From the sequence record PQ567651.1: a DNA stretch of 64,000 nucleotides. One strand, given 5' to 3'. Made by a program: the position numbers and the translations under genes. The notes under the pieces were generated by a model. It was not told where the DNA came from and did no database searches. It saw only the letters and a program-made list of their open reading frames with translations. This document shows positions 27,968 through 37,361 of this stretch, one piece after another. Every line of letters starts with the position of its first letter. Positions within the stretch are counted from its first letter, which is position 1. Source of the stretch: Escherichia phage cardinal.

Positions 27968-28624
27968 ATGACTGTTAAGCATATTTCTTTTGATGTATGG
28001 AACACTCTTATTACTGCTAATCCTTTGTATGCAGAAGAGCGCAACAAGGTAATTGCCGAGTATGCCTCTTGTTCTGAGGCAGAAGCAGCAACTGTATATA
28101 AAGAAGTAAAAACTCTCCTGGATTTAAGAGCAGAAAAAGGCATTTGTGGAACATCTAGAAATGCTTGGGAAACACTTTCTGCTCATTTGAACATTGATCT
28201 TGATAAAGTAGATGGGTTAAAAAGAGACTGTTTAGCAATGTTTATAAAACATCCTCCAATATTAAACCCTGAACTTTGCAAGAAGTTGGAAGAGCTAAGT
28301 TCAACCTATTCTTTGAGTATTAAAAGCAATACCAATTTTGTACCTGGTAGTTTCTTAGCTGTATATTCTGGCTTGACAAAATTACCATTTGACTTTATGC
28401 ATTTTTCTGATGAGTTTTGCTTGTGTAAACCAGATCCCAGGTTTTTTAAACTCTCTTTTGATGAAATGGTAACGTTTGATCTCGCACCAGAGGAGATCTT
28501 ACACGTTGGAGATAGTTTGATCTATGATGGAAAAGCTGTTGACATAGGGATGAAGTTCTGTCATATTATTAATCCAGAAGACTTGTTGGCTAAACTTAAA
28601 AAAGAGGAACTTATTAATGCGTAA
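27968..28624 (+). CDS. HAD-superfamily hydrolase-like protein with atypical motif I
   Basis: Motif I ISFDVWNTL (Asp nucleophile, but Trp where the second Asp is expected), motif III CKPDPRFF, motif IV HVGDSLIYDGKAVD. Confidence 0.55.
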   Translation: MTVKHISFDVWNTLITANPLYAEERNKVIAEYASCSEAEAATVYKEVKTLLDLRAEKGICGTSRNAWETLSAHLNIDLDKVDGLKRDCLAMFIKHPPILNPELCKKLEELSSTYSLSIKSNTNFVPGSFLAVYSGLTKLPFDFMHFSDEFCLCKPDPRFFKLSFDEMVTFDLAPEEILHVGDSLIYDGKAVDIGMKFCHIINPEDLLAKLKKEELINA

Positions 28625-29474
28625 TCAAATTCAACATTTTGCTAATATTTTTACTAACCTGAAGGAAGCAAAATTTAACATTGCAGATTATTCCAAGCTA
28701 AAGTTTGGTAGTAACCAGGCAGCAAAAAGAATGGGGCGCATTCTGGCTGAAAGTTTCTTTTCCAAGTATGAAGAACGACTGGTAAATGAAAGTTTTGTTG
28801 TTATTCCATCTCCATATAACTATGTGAAAAATGCAGCTACAGTGTTATCTGAACATTTTGTAGATCACCTCAACTACCTAATCTCTATCAAAGGAGGTAA
28901 AGCAGTGGAGTGGGATATCGTTCATCGTAAAGTGAGCTATATCAATGATTATGGATTTCTTAGCAAAGAAGATCGTAAGGCTTTGATCGATGGTGACACT
29001 TTCTCTATCAATCGTGATTTCTGGGGTAATAAAACTCTGATTTTCATTGATGATGTTAATATTACAGGAACGCACGAAGAAAAACTTATTGAAATTTTAG
29101 ACAAAGAAGGTGTTGAAAACGATACGTTTTTCCTGTACTTTGCAAAGTATGAAGGTACAGAAGCCAACACCGAAGCTGCACTTAACTTCAACTATATCAA
29201 TAACCTGGCAGCTTTTATTAAAATGATTAAGCAAGAAACTGATGCTAAATGTTTGGTTCGTCCTATTAAGTATCTAATGAGTCAAAGCGAAGTTGATTTT
29301 AAAATTGCACTTTCACAGCTTCCTTTGTATTATGTAGAACAACTGTTCTTTGGTTGCCTTGCAGAAGGCTACAATAACATTGAAAAATATAAAGAGAACT
29401 TTGATTTCCTGCGTCAATTTTTTGAAAGCAACATTATCAACAAATCTAATGTTAAAGGGGATTATTATGTCTAA
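28617..29474 (+). CDS. phosphoribosyltransferase (PRTase type I) domain protein
   Basis: PRPP-binding loop LIFIDDVNITGTH (hydrophobic-DD-xx-TG-T); overlaps the HAD gene stop, so probably co-translated. Confidence 0.55.
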   Translation: MRNQIQHFANIFTNLKEAKFNIADYSKLKFGSNQAAKRMGRILAESFFSKYEERLVNESFVVIPSPYNYVKNAATVLSEHFVDHLNYLISIKGGKAVEWDIVHRKVSYINDYGFLSKEDRKALIDGDTFSINRDFWGNKTLIFIDDVNITGTHEEKLIEILDKEGVENDTFFLYFAKYEGTEANTEAALNFNYINNLAAFIKMIKQETDAKCLVRPIKYLMSQSEVDFKIALSQLPLYYVEQLFFGCLAEGYNNIEKYKENFDFLRQFFESNIINKSNVKGDYYV

Positions 29475-30183
29475 TAAAGTAATGACTTTCGGAGATCCTA
29501 TCACCAATATTACAGAAAAAGATTTTGGGCGTGTAGCAACAGATAAAGATGGTGTCTTAAGAATTCGTGTACAAGGTATTACAGCACAGGATGAATATGC
29601 TGTGTATGTTTCAGGTCTTAACTATATTGATGATCGCATTACACAAAACTTTGCACTGATCGGTGGTGTAGAGAAAATGTATTGGGAAGATGAAATTGTA
29701 ACAAGTTATCCGGCAGGTATCATTGAGGTATACGGTGATCTTTTAGCAGCAGCCGAGAGAGGCGATATAGACGCTATAGCACACTGCTGTAACTGTTTTT
29801 GCACTATGGGTAGTGGTATTGCACCAAAAATTAAAAGCAAGTGGCCTGGTGCGTTTAAAGCAGATTGTGCCACTAAACGTGGTGATTATAAAAAATTAGG
29901 TACGTTTACCAAATATACAGAAAACAATTTGACAATTTATAATTTATATGGACAATATGGTTATAGTCGTCGTGAGGAAGGTAAGCGTGACCTGAATTAT
30001 GAAGCTATCTACAATGCGTTAGATAGTATGGGAGACGATGTTGTATCTTCAGGCGGTAAAGTTGTAGGTTTACCGATGCTGGGTTGTGGTTTGGCTGGAG
30101 GGTCTTGGAATATTGTAAAACTTATGATCGAAGAAACTCTAGTAAACAAAGGTTTAAATGTAATTGTTTACAAACTGAAATAA
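29467..30183 (+). CDS. macrodomain protein (TARG1/DarG-like), putative ADP-ribosyl hydrolase
   Basis: C-terminal ~150 aa align with human TARG1 as recalled: AIAHCCNCFCTMGSGIAPKIKSKW vs [23 protein letters not shown], and VGLPMLGCGLAGGSWNIVKLMIEETL...VIVYKL vs [26 protein letters not shown]...ITVYTL; N-terminal ~90 aa unassigned. Confidence 0.65.
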   Translation: MSNKVMTFGDPITNITEKDFGRVATDKDGVLRIRVQGITAQDEYAVYVSGLNYIDDRITQNFALIGGVEKMYWEDEIVTSYPAGIIEVYGDLLAAAERGDIDAIAHCCNCFCTMGSGIAPKIKSKWPGAFKADCATKRGDYKKLGTFTKYTENNLTIYNLYGQYGYSRREEGKRDLNYEAIYNALDSMGDDVVSSGGKVVGLPMLGCGLAGGSWNIVKLMIEETLVNKGLNVIVYKLK

Positions 30184-30192
30184 GGAGAAAGT

Positions 30193-30399
30193 ATGGCAGG
30201 TGTTTTAGCAGTATTAGGTTGTTTTATTGTTGTGTTTTTGATTGTGTTAATCCCTAGTTGGCTGCTGCTTTTAGCATACAACTATATGATTGACATTATC
30301 GGTTTAGACTGGCATCATGTTCCTGTAACGTTTTGGAGTGTAGTCTGTGTGACGTTCATTCTTGCGGTACTTCGTGGTATCTTTCAATCTAACAAATAA
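30193..30399 (+). CDS. hypothetical small membrane protein
   Basis: 68 aa, two hydrophobic helices. Confidence 0.4.
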   Translation: MAGVLAVLGCFIVVFLIVLIPSWLLLLAYNYMIDIIGLDWHHVPVTFWSVVCVTFILAVLRGIFQSNK

Positions 30400-30426
30400 G
30401 AGAGGATTTTTATATGCGTAAAGTAA

Positions 30427-30663
30427 ATGTTGAAGTGCTTGAAAAAATTTAGAAACACTCGTGATTGTACTATCGGCAAGGTTTACGAGGCTATTCTCCT
30501 TGAAGATGGAGATCAAGTTCCTGCCCCGTATCACGCCTTTAATGGTCAGATTAGCAAAGTGGAAGGTGGTATTGCTATTTGCTTTATTGATGACGTAGGT
30601 GATGCTGTAGCTTTCCCTATCATTAACAAAGAAGATAAACTTAAAATTACAGAACTGAACTAG
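30427..30663 (+). CDS. hypothetical small protein
   Basis: 78-aa ORF; start uncertain (a 12-codon ORF with a better RBS lies just upstream in another frame). Confidence 0.35.
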   Translation: MLKCLKKFRNTRDCTIGKVYEAILLEDGDQVPAPYHAFNGQISKVEGGIAICFIDDVGDAVAFPIINKEDKLKITELN

Positions 30664-30740
30664 TTGACTTTCTTTAAAAACAGTTTATAGTATAAGACAT
30701 AGAGCGGAGGATTGTCCTCCGCATTAAAGAGGAGAAAAGA

Positions 30741-31718
30741 ATGCAACTGGGTTTCCCAATTATTGATGTGGTTGTTTTAGTGGGTATTTTAGTCTTGTCG
30801 ATTTGTATTGACTTCTTTGGACACAGAGAAAACAAAGAAATTTCATTTAAATCGGCAGTTGGTTGGTCAATTTTCTGGATTGGAGTATCATTAGCCTACT
30901 ATGGTTTTGTATACTTCCAACACGGTGCTGATTTTGCGAGCTTGTTCTTGAGTGGGTATGTGTTGGAGAAATCTCTTTCTGTAGATAACTTAGTAGTATT
31001 TGTGGCAGTATTCGCAAGTTTTGGTATTAAAAGCACACACTTGCAACACAAGATTCTACTTTGGGGTATTGCAGGTGCGATTGTCTTCCGAGGTGTGTTT
31101 GTAGCAGTAGGCACTTACTTGTTGAGTTTGGGCTGGTATGTTAATATCTTCTTCGGTGCTGTCATCCTTTTCTGTGCGGCTAAAATGGTATTCGCTGGAG
31201 ATAATGATGCAGAAGTTGATTACTCTAAACACTGGGCTACTCGCATTGTTCGTAAGCTGTTCCCTGTATCTGATCAGATGGATGGTGAGAAGTTCTTCAC
31301 AATCAAAAATGGTGTTCGTGTAGCAACTCCGGCTCTGGTTTGTGTGTTTGTAATGGAAATGGTTGACGTAATCTTTGCAGTAGACTCTGTTCCAGCAGTA
31401 ATTGCAGTGACACAAGAACCTCTGCTTGTATTTTCTTCGATGCTCTGTGCAATCTTAGGTTTACGTGCTCTGTTCTTTGTTCTTAGTGTTGCACTGAAGT
31501 ATTTGGTTCATCTGGAGAAAGCAGTTATCGTAGTCCTGGTATTTGTGGGTGCAAAACTGATGTATCATCCGTTTGCAGAAACTCTGCACGCAAAAATGAG
31601 TTTCCTGCCAGCACACATTGATCCGACGATCAGTATGTATATTGTGTTAGGTACTCTTGGGTTGGGTGTTGTTGCAAGTTTAATCTTCCCTGAAAAAGAA
31701 GATCAGACTGTTGCTTAA
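30741..31718 (+). CDS. TerC-family integral membrane protein
   Basis: Multiple transmembrane helices and both TerC signature repeats: LEKSLSVDNLVVFVAVF and MVDVIFAVDSVPAVIAVT. Confidence 0.75.
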   Translation: MQLGFPIIDVVVLVGILVLSICIDFFGHRENKEISFKSAVGWSIFWIGVSLAYYGFVYFQHGADFASLFLSGYVLEKSLSVDNLVVFVAVFASFGIKSTHLQHKILLWGIAGAIVFRGVFVAVGTYLLSLGWYVNIFFGAVILFCAAKMVFAGDNDAEVDYSKHWATRIVRKLFPVSDQMDGEKFFTIKNGVRVATPALVCVFVMEMVDVIFAVDSVPAVIAVTQEPLLVFSSMLCAILGLRALFFVLSVALKYLVHLEKAVIVVLVFVGAKLMYHPFAETLHAKMSFLPAHIDPTISMYIVLGTLGLGVVASLIFPEKEDQTVA

Positions 31719-31724
31719 TTCATT

Positions 31725-31746
31725 AAGCCCCTTCGGGGGCTTTGTT
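31725..31746 (+). terminator. intrinsic terminator
   Basis: agcccc-ttcg-ggggct followed by ttgttg. Confidence 0.5.
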
Positions 31747-31950
31747 GAGGTGATCTGATGGTGGTTTTACGTGTTCTTTGGATTCTGTTTGAAAATATTT
31801 GTTTTGCTCTAGGGTTGTTTTGTTTGATTTTTATCTTGACAACATATATTGATAACCATACAATTACTATCAACAGGAACGGAGAACAGATGTATTGTTT
31901 CTCTAGGGATTTTAAAAATTGTGTTGAGACTTTAAATGAGAGGGTTACAA

Positions 31951-32541
31951 ATGAAAAACATTAAATCTTTTATTGTTGCAGTTGTTTTAGGTAGTGCATT
32001 GCTGGTAGGTTGTGATGATTCTGAAAATGTACAAAATCAACGTTACCAACAAACACCAAATCAGATGGTAGATGAACAATATGTAAATCAGCCTGCACCT
32101 CAAGTTGTTCAAGCAGCACCTGCACAACCTTCAACAGTTGTTGTGCAAGGAGGCGGCAGTGGTTCTTCTGGCGTAGGTGAGTTTGCTACAGGTATGCTTC
32201 TTGGTCATATGTTGAGTGGTAATAGTGGCGGTGGTGGTTATAGAGATGGCGGTAGCAATACAACAATTATTAATAACAACGCTGCTCCTACAACTAACAG
32301 TAAAGCATATACAACACAAAAACATAGTTTTTATGATAAACAAGGGAATACATATACAACAACTAAACAAAACACAATTAAGCAGCAAAGTGTACAAACG
32401 TATTCACGCCCATCAACAACAAAAGTGAATAGTGATTACTCTGCTCGTAAGTCTTACTCAAGCCCTATTAGCTCTTATAGTAAGTCTTCGAAAAGTTATT
32501 CTTCGTCGAAACGTAGTTTTAGTAGCTCACGTCGTCGTTAA
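31951..32541 (+). CDS. lipoprotein with low-complexity S/T/N-rich C-terminal region
   Basis: Signal peptide with lipobox LLVGC; remainder rich in Q/S/T/G with SYS..SK repeats. Confidence 0.55.
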   Translation: MKNIKSFIVAVVLGSALLVGCDDSENVQNQRYQQTPNQMVDEQYVNQPAPQVVQAAPAQPSTVVVQGGGSGSSGVGEFATGMLLGHMLSGNSGGGGYRDGGSNTTIINNNAAPTTNSKAYTTQKHSFYDKQGNTYTTTKQNTIKQQSVQTYSRPSTTKVNSDYSARKSYSSPISSYSKSSKSYSSSKRSFSSSRRR

Positions 32542-32576
32542 TAATTTAATACAGATTAAATAAGAAGGAGAAACAG

Positions 32577-33428
32577 ATGAAACTAGAAGTTGGTAAAGTG
32601 TATCGCCTGGAAGGTTGGATCTTTAATCAAGAAATTCTTGAGAAGAATAAAGATGGTTTTGAGTTTGTTGGTACTACCAAAGAAAGTATGCACGATGACG
32701 AATACTGTAAATTCGTTGGTAAAAATACAGGTCAAGAACAATTTTGCTTTAAAAGCGCAATCGGTGATTATGCTTCTGTAATGCCAACACCAGAAAAGAC
32801 TTCGAAGCAATATACTGTCTTTGGTGTAAAACTTGAAGAACTTGTAGAACACCCACGTTTTGAAGAGTTCAAGGTTGCTGCAATGCGCAAGCATTCTGAA
32901 ATTAAAATACATAATTTGTTTGATTTAGAAGATCGGTTTGATATCTTTATGTATGATCGCAGGGAAAAGCATTTTGATGCAACGACTTCAAAATTTGCTG
33001 CAACAGAGGATATTAAAATCCTTGATGTTGATACCTTTCTTGAGAGTGTATCGTTTGTATTCATCCATAAATACAAGAAACGTAGTGATCATAAACGTGT
33101 GAAAGGAACTCCTCGTAAGAAACGTACTGTAAACAAAGCAACTTTGCACTTCACTTCTGGTGATAAATATACTCTCAAAGGGTTTGAAAGTGTTTTGTAT
33201 GATGCTGGAACGGGTAATATCAAGTTTATTATTAAGGCAACCTACAAAGGTACGGTATTGCACGAAGAGGCTGTTACACTACCTGTATTCGATATCTCTC
33301 GTGTTGAGGTACGGGGTGTTAAAGAGTCCTTCGATCTGGATTTCTTAACTGCTAATACCACGGGTTATGTTAATCTGGAAGCAGATGGAGCATTTATTAC
33401 TACAAATTATTTAGATATGTTTGTTTAA
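32577..33428 (+). CDS. hypothetical protein
   Basis: 283-aa ORF with AAGGAG RBS. Confidence 0.5.
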   Translation: MKLEVGKVYRLEGWIFNQEILEKNKDGFEFVGTTKESMHDDEYCKFVGKNTGQEQFCFKSAIGDYASVMPTPEKTSKQYTVFGVKLEELVEHPRFEEFKVAAMRKHSEIKIHNLFDLEDRFDIFMYDRREKHFDATTSKFAATEDIKILDVDTFLESVSFVFIHKYKKRSDHKRVKGTPRKKRTVNKATLHFTSGDKYTLKGFESVLYDAGTGNIKFIIKATYKGTVLHEEAVTLPVFDISRVEVRGVKESFDLDFLTANTTGYVNLEADGAFITTNYLDMFV

Positions 33429-33496
33429 TACTTAACTTGTGTTATGATGGTGGTACAGAGGTATCACCATTTACTAAAGAATATGGAGGAAATTGA

Positions 33497-34600
33497 ATGT
33501 CCAGTCCTTTTATCAGTGCCGTAAAAAGCAAACCGTCTGAAATGAGTGTATTCACGGCAACAACAGAAAAAAGTAAGTCTTTGTTTGCTCCAAGTGCTAT
33601 GGATGCAAGCCCTGTATATGCCCCTGCTGTTGCACGCCCTGTACAAATGCTGCCTCCAATGTCTCGTGAAGAGATTGAACAGGTTGGTGCTGATGCAGGA
33701 CTTACTCTTCGTAACCTTAATGCTGAAGTGCTTAAACACCAGCGTTCATCTCAGGGAGATGAAATGAGTGAACGTTTAACTGCGCTTATTAAGCAAGCAA
33801 AGCAACTTGATCCTAACTCTATTAAACAATCTAAAGGTTTAGGTAAACTAGTTAAGAAAGTTTTAGGTATGAAAGAAGATTTGTTTGGAGAATTTGACAC
33901 CATCAATAACCGTATTGAAGGTTTGGTAAAGACACTCCAAACAGACTTGAAAAAAGAAGAAGATTCTTTACGATATCTGCAACGTTTAGAGGAAGCTATT
34001 GCAAAATATGCTCTTAGCTTAAACAGGGATATAGAGCTTCTAACAGCTACTTATGAAAAAGAAGAAGTTCGCCTTAATACACTACCTGAAAATGAGGTAG
34101 AAGAGCGTCAACGTACTCGTGATACTATGGATCTGCTTGAAATTCGTATTGCAGACCTGAAAGCCTTACGCTTACTATGTGTTCAGATGGGGCCACGTGT
34201 ACAAAGTATGCAGAAAGTATCTGCAAGTTTGATGCGATCAGCCCGTAATATTGTGAATAATGTTATTCCTGCTTACTCTGCAAACTTTTCTATGTATATT
34301 GAAAGTCTACGCCAGAAGAAAGCAGCCGATACACAGAACAATGTACTGAATGAATTTAATGCTGCTATTGCAATGGGTAGTGATCTGGCTGCACAAAACC
34401 AGATTGAAGCTACACAACTTGCTAATCGTCAAGTATTGGATATTGAAACATTGCGTCGTGATCAAGAAAACTTAGTTAAAATGTTGGAAGAAACTAACCG
34501 AATCAACACTGAAGCCCGTGCTGCTCGTATTGATTACATTCAAGAAGTGCAGTCTCTTGAAGATGGTATGATTCAAACTGTTAAACGTGGTCTACTTTAA
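33497..34600 (+). CDS. TelA-like (toxic anion resistance / KlaB family) protein
   Basis: 367 aa, coiled-coil-rich; C-terminal blocks VIPAYSANFSMYIESLRQKKA, NEFNAAIAMGSDL and IDIETLRRDQENLVKMLEE match the TelA family pattern (assigned from memory). Confidence 0.55.
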   Translation: MSSPFISAVKSKPSEMSVFTATTEKSKSLFAPSAMDASPVYAPAVARPVQMLPPMSREEIEQVGADAGLTLRNLNAEVLKHQRSSQGDEMSERLTALIKQAKQLDPNSIKQSKGLGKLVKKVLGMKEDLFGEFDTINNRIEGLVKTLQTDLKKEEDSLRYLQRLEEAIAKYALSLNRDIELLTATYEKEEVRLNTLPENEVEERQRTRDTMDLLEIRIADLKALRLLCVQMGPRVQSMQKVSASLMRSARNIVNNVIPAYSANFSMYIESLRQKKAADTQNNVLNEFNAAIAMGSDLAAQNQIEATQLANRQVLDIETLRRDQENLVKMLEETNRINTEARAARIDYIQEVQSLEDGMIQTVKRGLL

Positions 34601-34613
34601 GGAGAAATATATT

Positions 34614-34820
34614 ATGAATATTAAAATTTACAAACTGTCTGGTTCTATGATTGCTGTTCAGTATGACAATGAAGATCGTTATGTTCTCCTCCAGGATGCT
34701 TGGTTAGATGATCCTAATGTATTCACTGTCCTGCGAGAACTACGTGCTGTCTATACCTATTCTTCTAAAGATGGTTTTGACAATTCAACAATGGAATTGG
34801 TAAAAGAGGAGAATGTGTAA
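34614..34820 (+). CDS. hypothetical small protein
   Basis: AAGGAG RBS then ATG (MNIKIYKL...). Confidence 0.4.
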   Translation: MNIKIYKLSGSMIAVQYDNEDRYVLLQDAWLDDPNVFTVLRELRAVYTYSSKDGFDNSTMELVKEENV

Positions 34821-35020
34821 TGAGTAAAGATATTCACTTAACTCGTGAAGAATTGCAAACCATTATGGAAGATGCTTTCATTGATGGTTGGAAACAAGGT
34901 CAAGAATCAGATTGGTATGATGCCGAAGATTTTTTGTATTATCATATGACTGCACCTGTAGACGAGCAAACACACTCTGAAACAACTTTGGCTTTAATTG
35001 ATCTTAAGGCTGGTGTATAA
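34820..35020 (+). CDS. hypothetical small acidic protein
   Basis: 66-aa ORF, translationally coupled. Confidence 0.4.
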   Translation: MSKDIHLTREELQTIMEDAFIDGWKQGQESDWYDAEDFLYYHMTAPVDEQTHSETTLALIDLKAGV

Positions 35021-35583
35021 TGGGGTGTTTTAGTTTCTTGTGCAAAGAGTCTGGTAATGCTGCTCTTTCTACCTCTTTCGATGGCTCTCCTTGCTACCTA
35101 TTTCTTTTGAAAGGTGGTAAGGTTGTCGAAGAGATGTATGGGAATTATGATAGCTATGGTAGTGTTTTCTCTAACGAAGAAGATAAACATGGCAATCGTA
35201 AAAGATTCAAGTGGTCTATGCCTTGGGAAGAAGTTTGTAATTTGATGTTCTCTTCCGATCTTGGAGATGGGATTGCTCTGGTATTAGAAGAGCACTTTAC
35301 AGGCGAGATCCCAACAGAAAGATCTGAAGAAGATCCTAACCAGGGTTGGGGTGATGGGGAAGAAGATCCAGATTGCTTCTTCAGCACTGAAAATAATAAA
35401 TTTAAACGTGTTGACAATCCTTACCACAAAGTGCATAATACTTGCATTGAGACAGAAGAAGACTCAAAGCTAGAAATTGAAGATGATTTAGTTGTAACTA
35501 TCTCTTTAAACGAGTTGCAAAAGATCACCAGAGAGGCTTTCTATTTAGGCTTGAGAGCAGGTAAAGGAGAAGACAGTGCTTAA
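35020..35583 (+). CDS. hypothetical protein
   Basis: 187-aa ORF, acidic. Confidence 0.45.
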   Translation: MGCFSFLCKESGNAALSTSFDGSPCYLFLLKGGKVVEEMYGNYDSYGSVFSNEEDKHGNRKRFKWSMPWEEVCNLMFSSDLGDGIALVLEEHFTGEIPTERSEEDPNQGWGDGEEDPDCFFSTENNKFKRVDNPYHKVHNTCIETEEDSKLEIEDDLVVTISLNELQKITREAFYLGLRAGKGEDSA

Positions 35584-35845
35584 ATTTAATATCAAAGACG
35601 ACAAATCAGATGAACCTAAATGTTTTGGAGAACTTGACGTAGGTGATACATTTGTATATTATGTTGCCTATCAAGATTCTGGTTTAGATACGTTCAGAAA
35701 CTTAGTGTTTATTAAAGTTAATACAAACCAAGCAATGTGTCTGAACGGTTCGCAAAGAGGTCAAATTAGCTGTATTTCGTATGATACAGAAATGGTAGAA
35801 GTGGATTTAGAAGTTACTAACATTACACTCAGAAAGGAGAAATAA
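35576..35845 (+). CDS. hypothetical protein
   Basis: 89-aa ORF. Confidence 0.4.
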   Translation: MLKFNIKDDKSDEPKCFGELDVGDTFVYYVAYQDSGLDTFRNLVFIKVNTNQAMCLNGSQRGQISCISYDTEMVEVDLEVTNITLRKEK

Positions 35846-35846
35846 T

Positions 35847-36640
35847 ATGTCCAATAAAATCAGTCTTAAAAAACGTCAAGAAACTCTTACCGTATCTCTG
35901 CGTAAGAAAAAGATTAACGATGTTGTTCTTCGTGTCGGTAGCGCCTTAGATATTTCGGGTAGTATGTGTGAGCTGTATCGTGATGGCACTGTTAGTGATT
36001 TTGTAGGTAAGCTGCTGCCGTTTGGTATGAAGTTTGATGATAATGCACAGATTGACATGTGGGCTTTCAATAGTTCTTCTTTTGAACTGCCTCCTGCAAC
36101 GGCTGATGTATATGATGATTATGTCGGCTCTTGTATGTCTAACGTTTGCATCAATGGTGGTACAGCTTATGCTCCAGTAATGCAAGAGATCTATGATACA
36201 TACTTCGGTAGTGTACCTATGAAAAATATTACACGCGAAGTCGTTGAGTATGAAGAAGTTCCGGCTAAGGGTTTCCTTGCTAAACTAACTGGTAAAAAGA
36301 ACTTGTAGAAGTAACACGTACTGTTGTAGAACAGGTTGTAGATACTGATGCACAAGTTGATCGTACTCCTGCAATGATTTTCTTCCAAACTGACGGGGAG
36401 AACATGGATACTTCAGCAGTACGTAGCTTACTGAACAAACACCGCAATACGCCTGTTTACTGGTTTATGGTTGGTGTAGGTAATGCAAACTTTAAATTCC
36501 TGAAAGACTTGGCAAAGGAATACGATAATGTTGACTTTATCGGTATTGCAGATTTGTCCTTGTCTGATGAAGAACTTTACGATAAACTGTTATCCGAAGA
36601 GTTTGGTGAGTGGGTTAAAAAATTTGGAGCAAAAGCGTAA
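35847..36640 (+). CDS. vWA-domain protein (TerY-like), reading frame interrupted by a -1 shift near 36291-36300
   Basis: MIDAS motif DISGSM in frame 0 (35847..36308); the vWA domain continues as IFFQTDGENMD in the -1 frame (36296..36640); junction at ggT AAA AAG. Confidence 0.55.
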
Positions 36641-36712
36641 AAAACGCTTGACTTTGTAGAAAAGATTAGTAAAATAGACAACGTAAATTAACAACAAAGG
36701 AGATAATAAATT

Positions 36713-37309
36713 ATGACTCAGAAAATTTCCCTGAAAAAAGGTTCTAGCGAAAAAGTTTCTCTGAAAAAGATCGCACCAGCACTGAAACGCATTCGTCTGG
36801 AATTCTCTTGGAAATCTAACGAAAAACTGGATCTGGATGTTAGTGCTCTGATTTGCCGACACAATGCATCTGGTCTGCCGGAACTGTTGTCTCCTCGTCA
36901 CCTGGTGTGCTACGCGCAGAAATTTGATCCTGAACGTTCTACTTTTGCAGGTGAAGATGTTCGTGATGGTGTAGGACAGATGGAGCAGATCGATGTTACT
37001 CTGGATAATATCTCTGCTGAAGCACAGGAAATTGCATTCGTAATTACTATTGATGACGAAACGGGTAAGAAACGCCTTGGTCACGCTACCGAAGGTTTCC
37101 TTAAAATCTTCGATGATGAACGTAACGTTGAACTGCTGGATTTTGACTTCTTGGCTCCAGAACTTGCAGGTAATACCATTTGCCACGTTGCCTCCCTGGT
37201 GCGGGAAGATAATGAATGGAAACTGAAAGCATATGGTGTAGGTAAAGCTGGACTTGACATTTATGATGTAGTTAAAGCGTTTGGCGCTGGTGACGATTGG
37301 TTCGAGTAA
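36713..37309 (+). CDS. TerD-domain protein
   Basis: ISLKKG...VSLKK...LEFSWKS...LDLDVSALI...GEDVRDGVG..EQIDV...IAFVITI....FDFLAPELAGNT matches TerD/TerZ family blocks. Confidence 0.75.
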   Translation: MTQKISLKKGSSEKVSLKKIAPALKRIRLEFSWKSNEKLDLDVSALICRHNASGLPELLSPRHLVCYAQKFDPERSTFAGEDVRDGVGQMEQIDVTLDNISAEAQEIAFVITIDDETGKKRLGHATEGFLKIFDDERNVELLDFDFLAPELAGNTICHVASLVREDNEWKLKAYGVGKAGLDIYDVVKAFGAGDDWFE

Positions 37310-37317
37310 TAAATCAT

Positions 37318-37342
37318 AGCGCCCTTCGGGGCGCATATTTTA
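37318..37342 (+). terminator. intrinsic terminator
   Basis: agcgccc-ttcg-gggcgc followed by atatttt. Confidence 0.5.
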
Positions 37343-37361
37343 AATAGAAGAGGAGAAAACA

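Noticed and set aside
30704-30722. Hairpin gcggagg/cctccgc upstream of TerC as a terminator
   Set aside because: No T-run; more likely a leader structure. The same applies to gaggggg/ccccctc at 37975-37993.
36590-37336. 248-aa minus-strand ORF
   Set aside because: Antisense to the well-supported TerD gene; low-complexity translation; opposite to local gene orientation.
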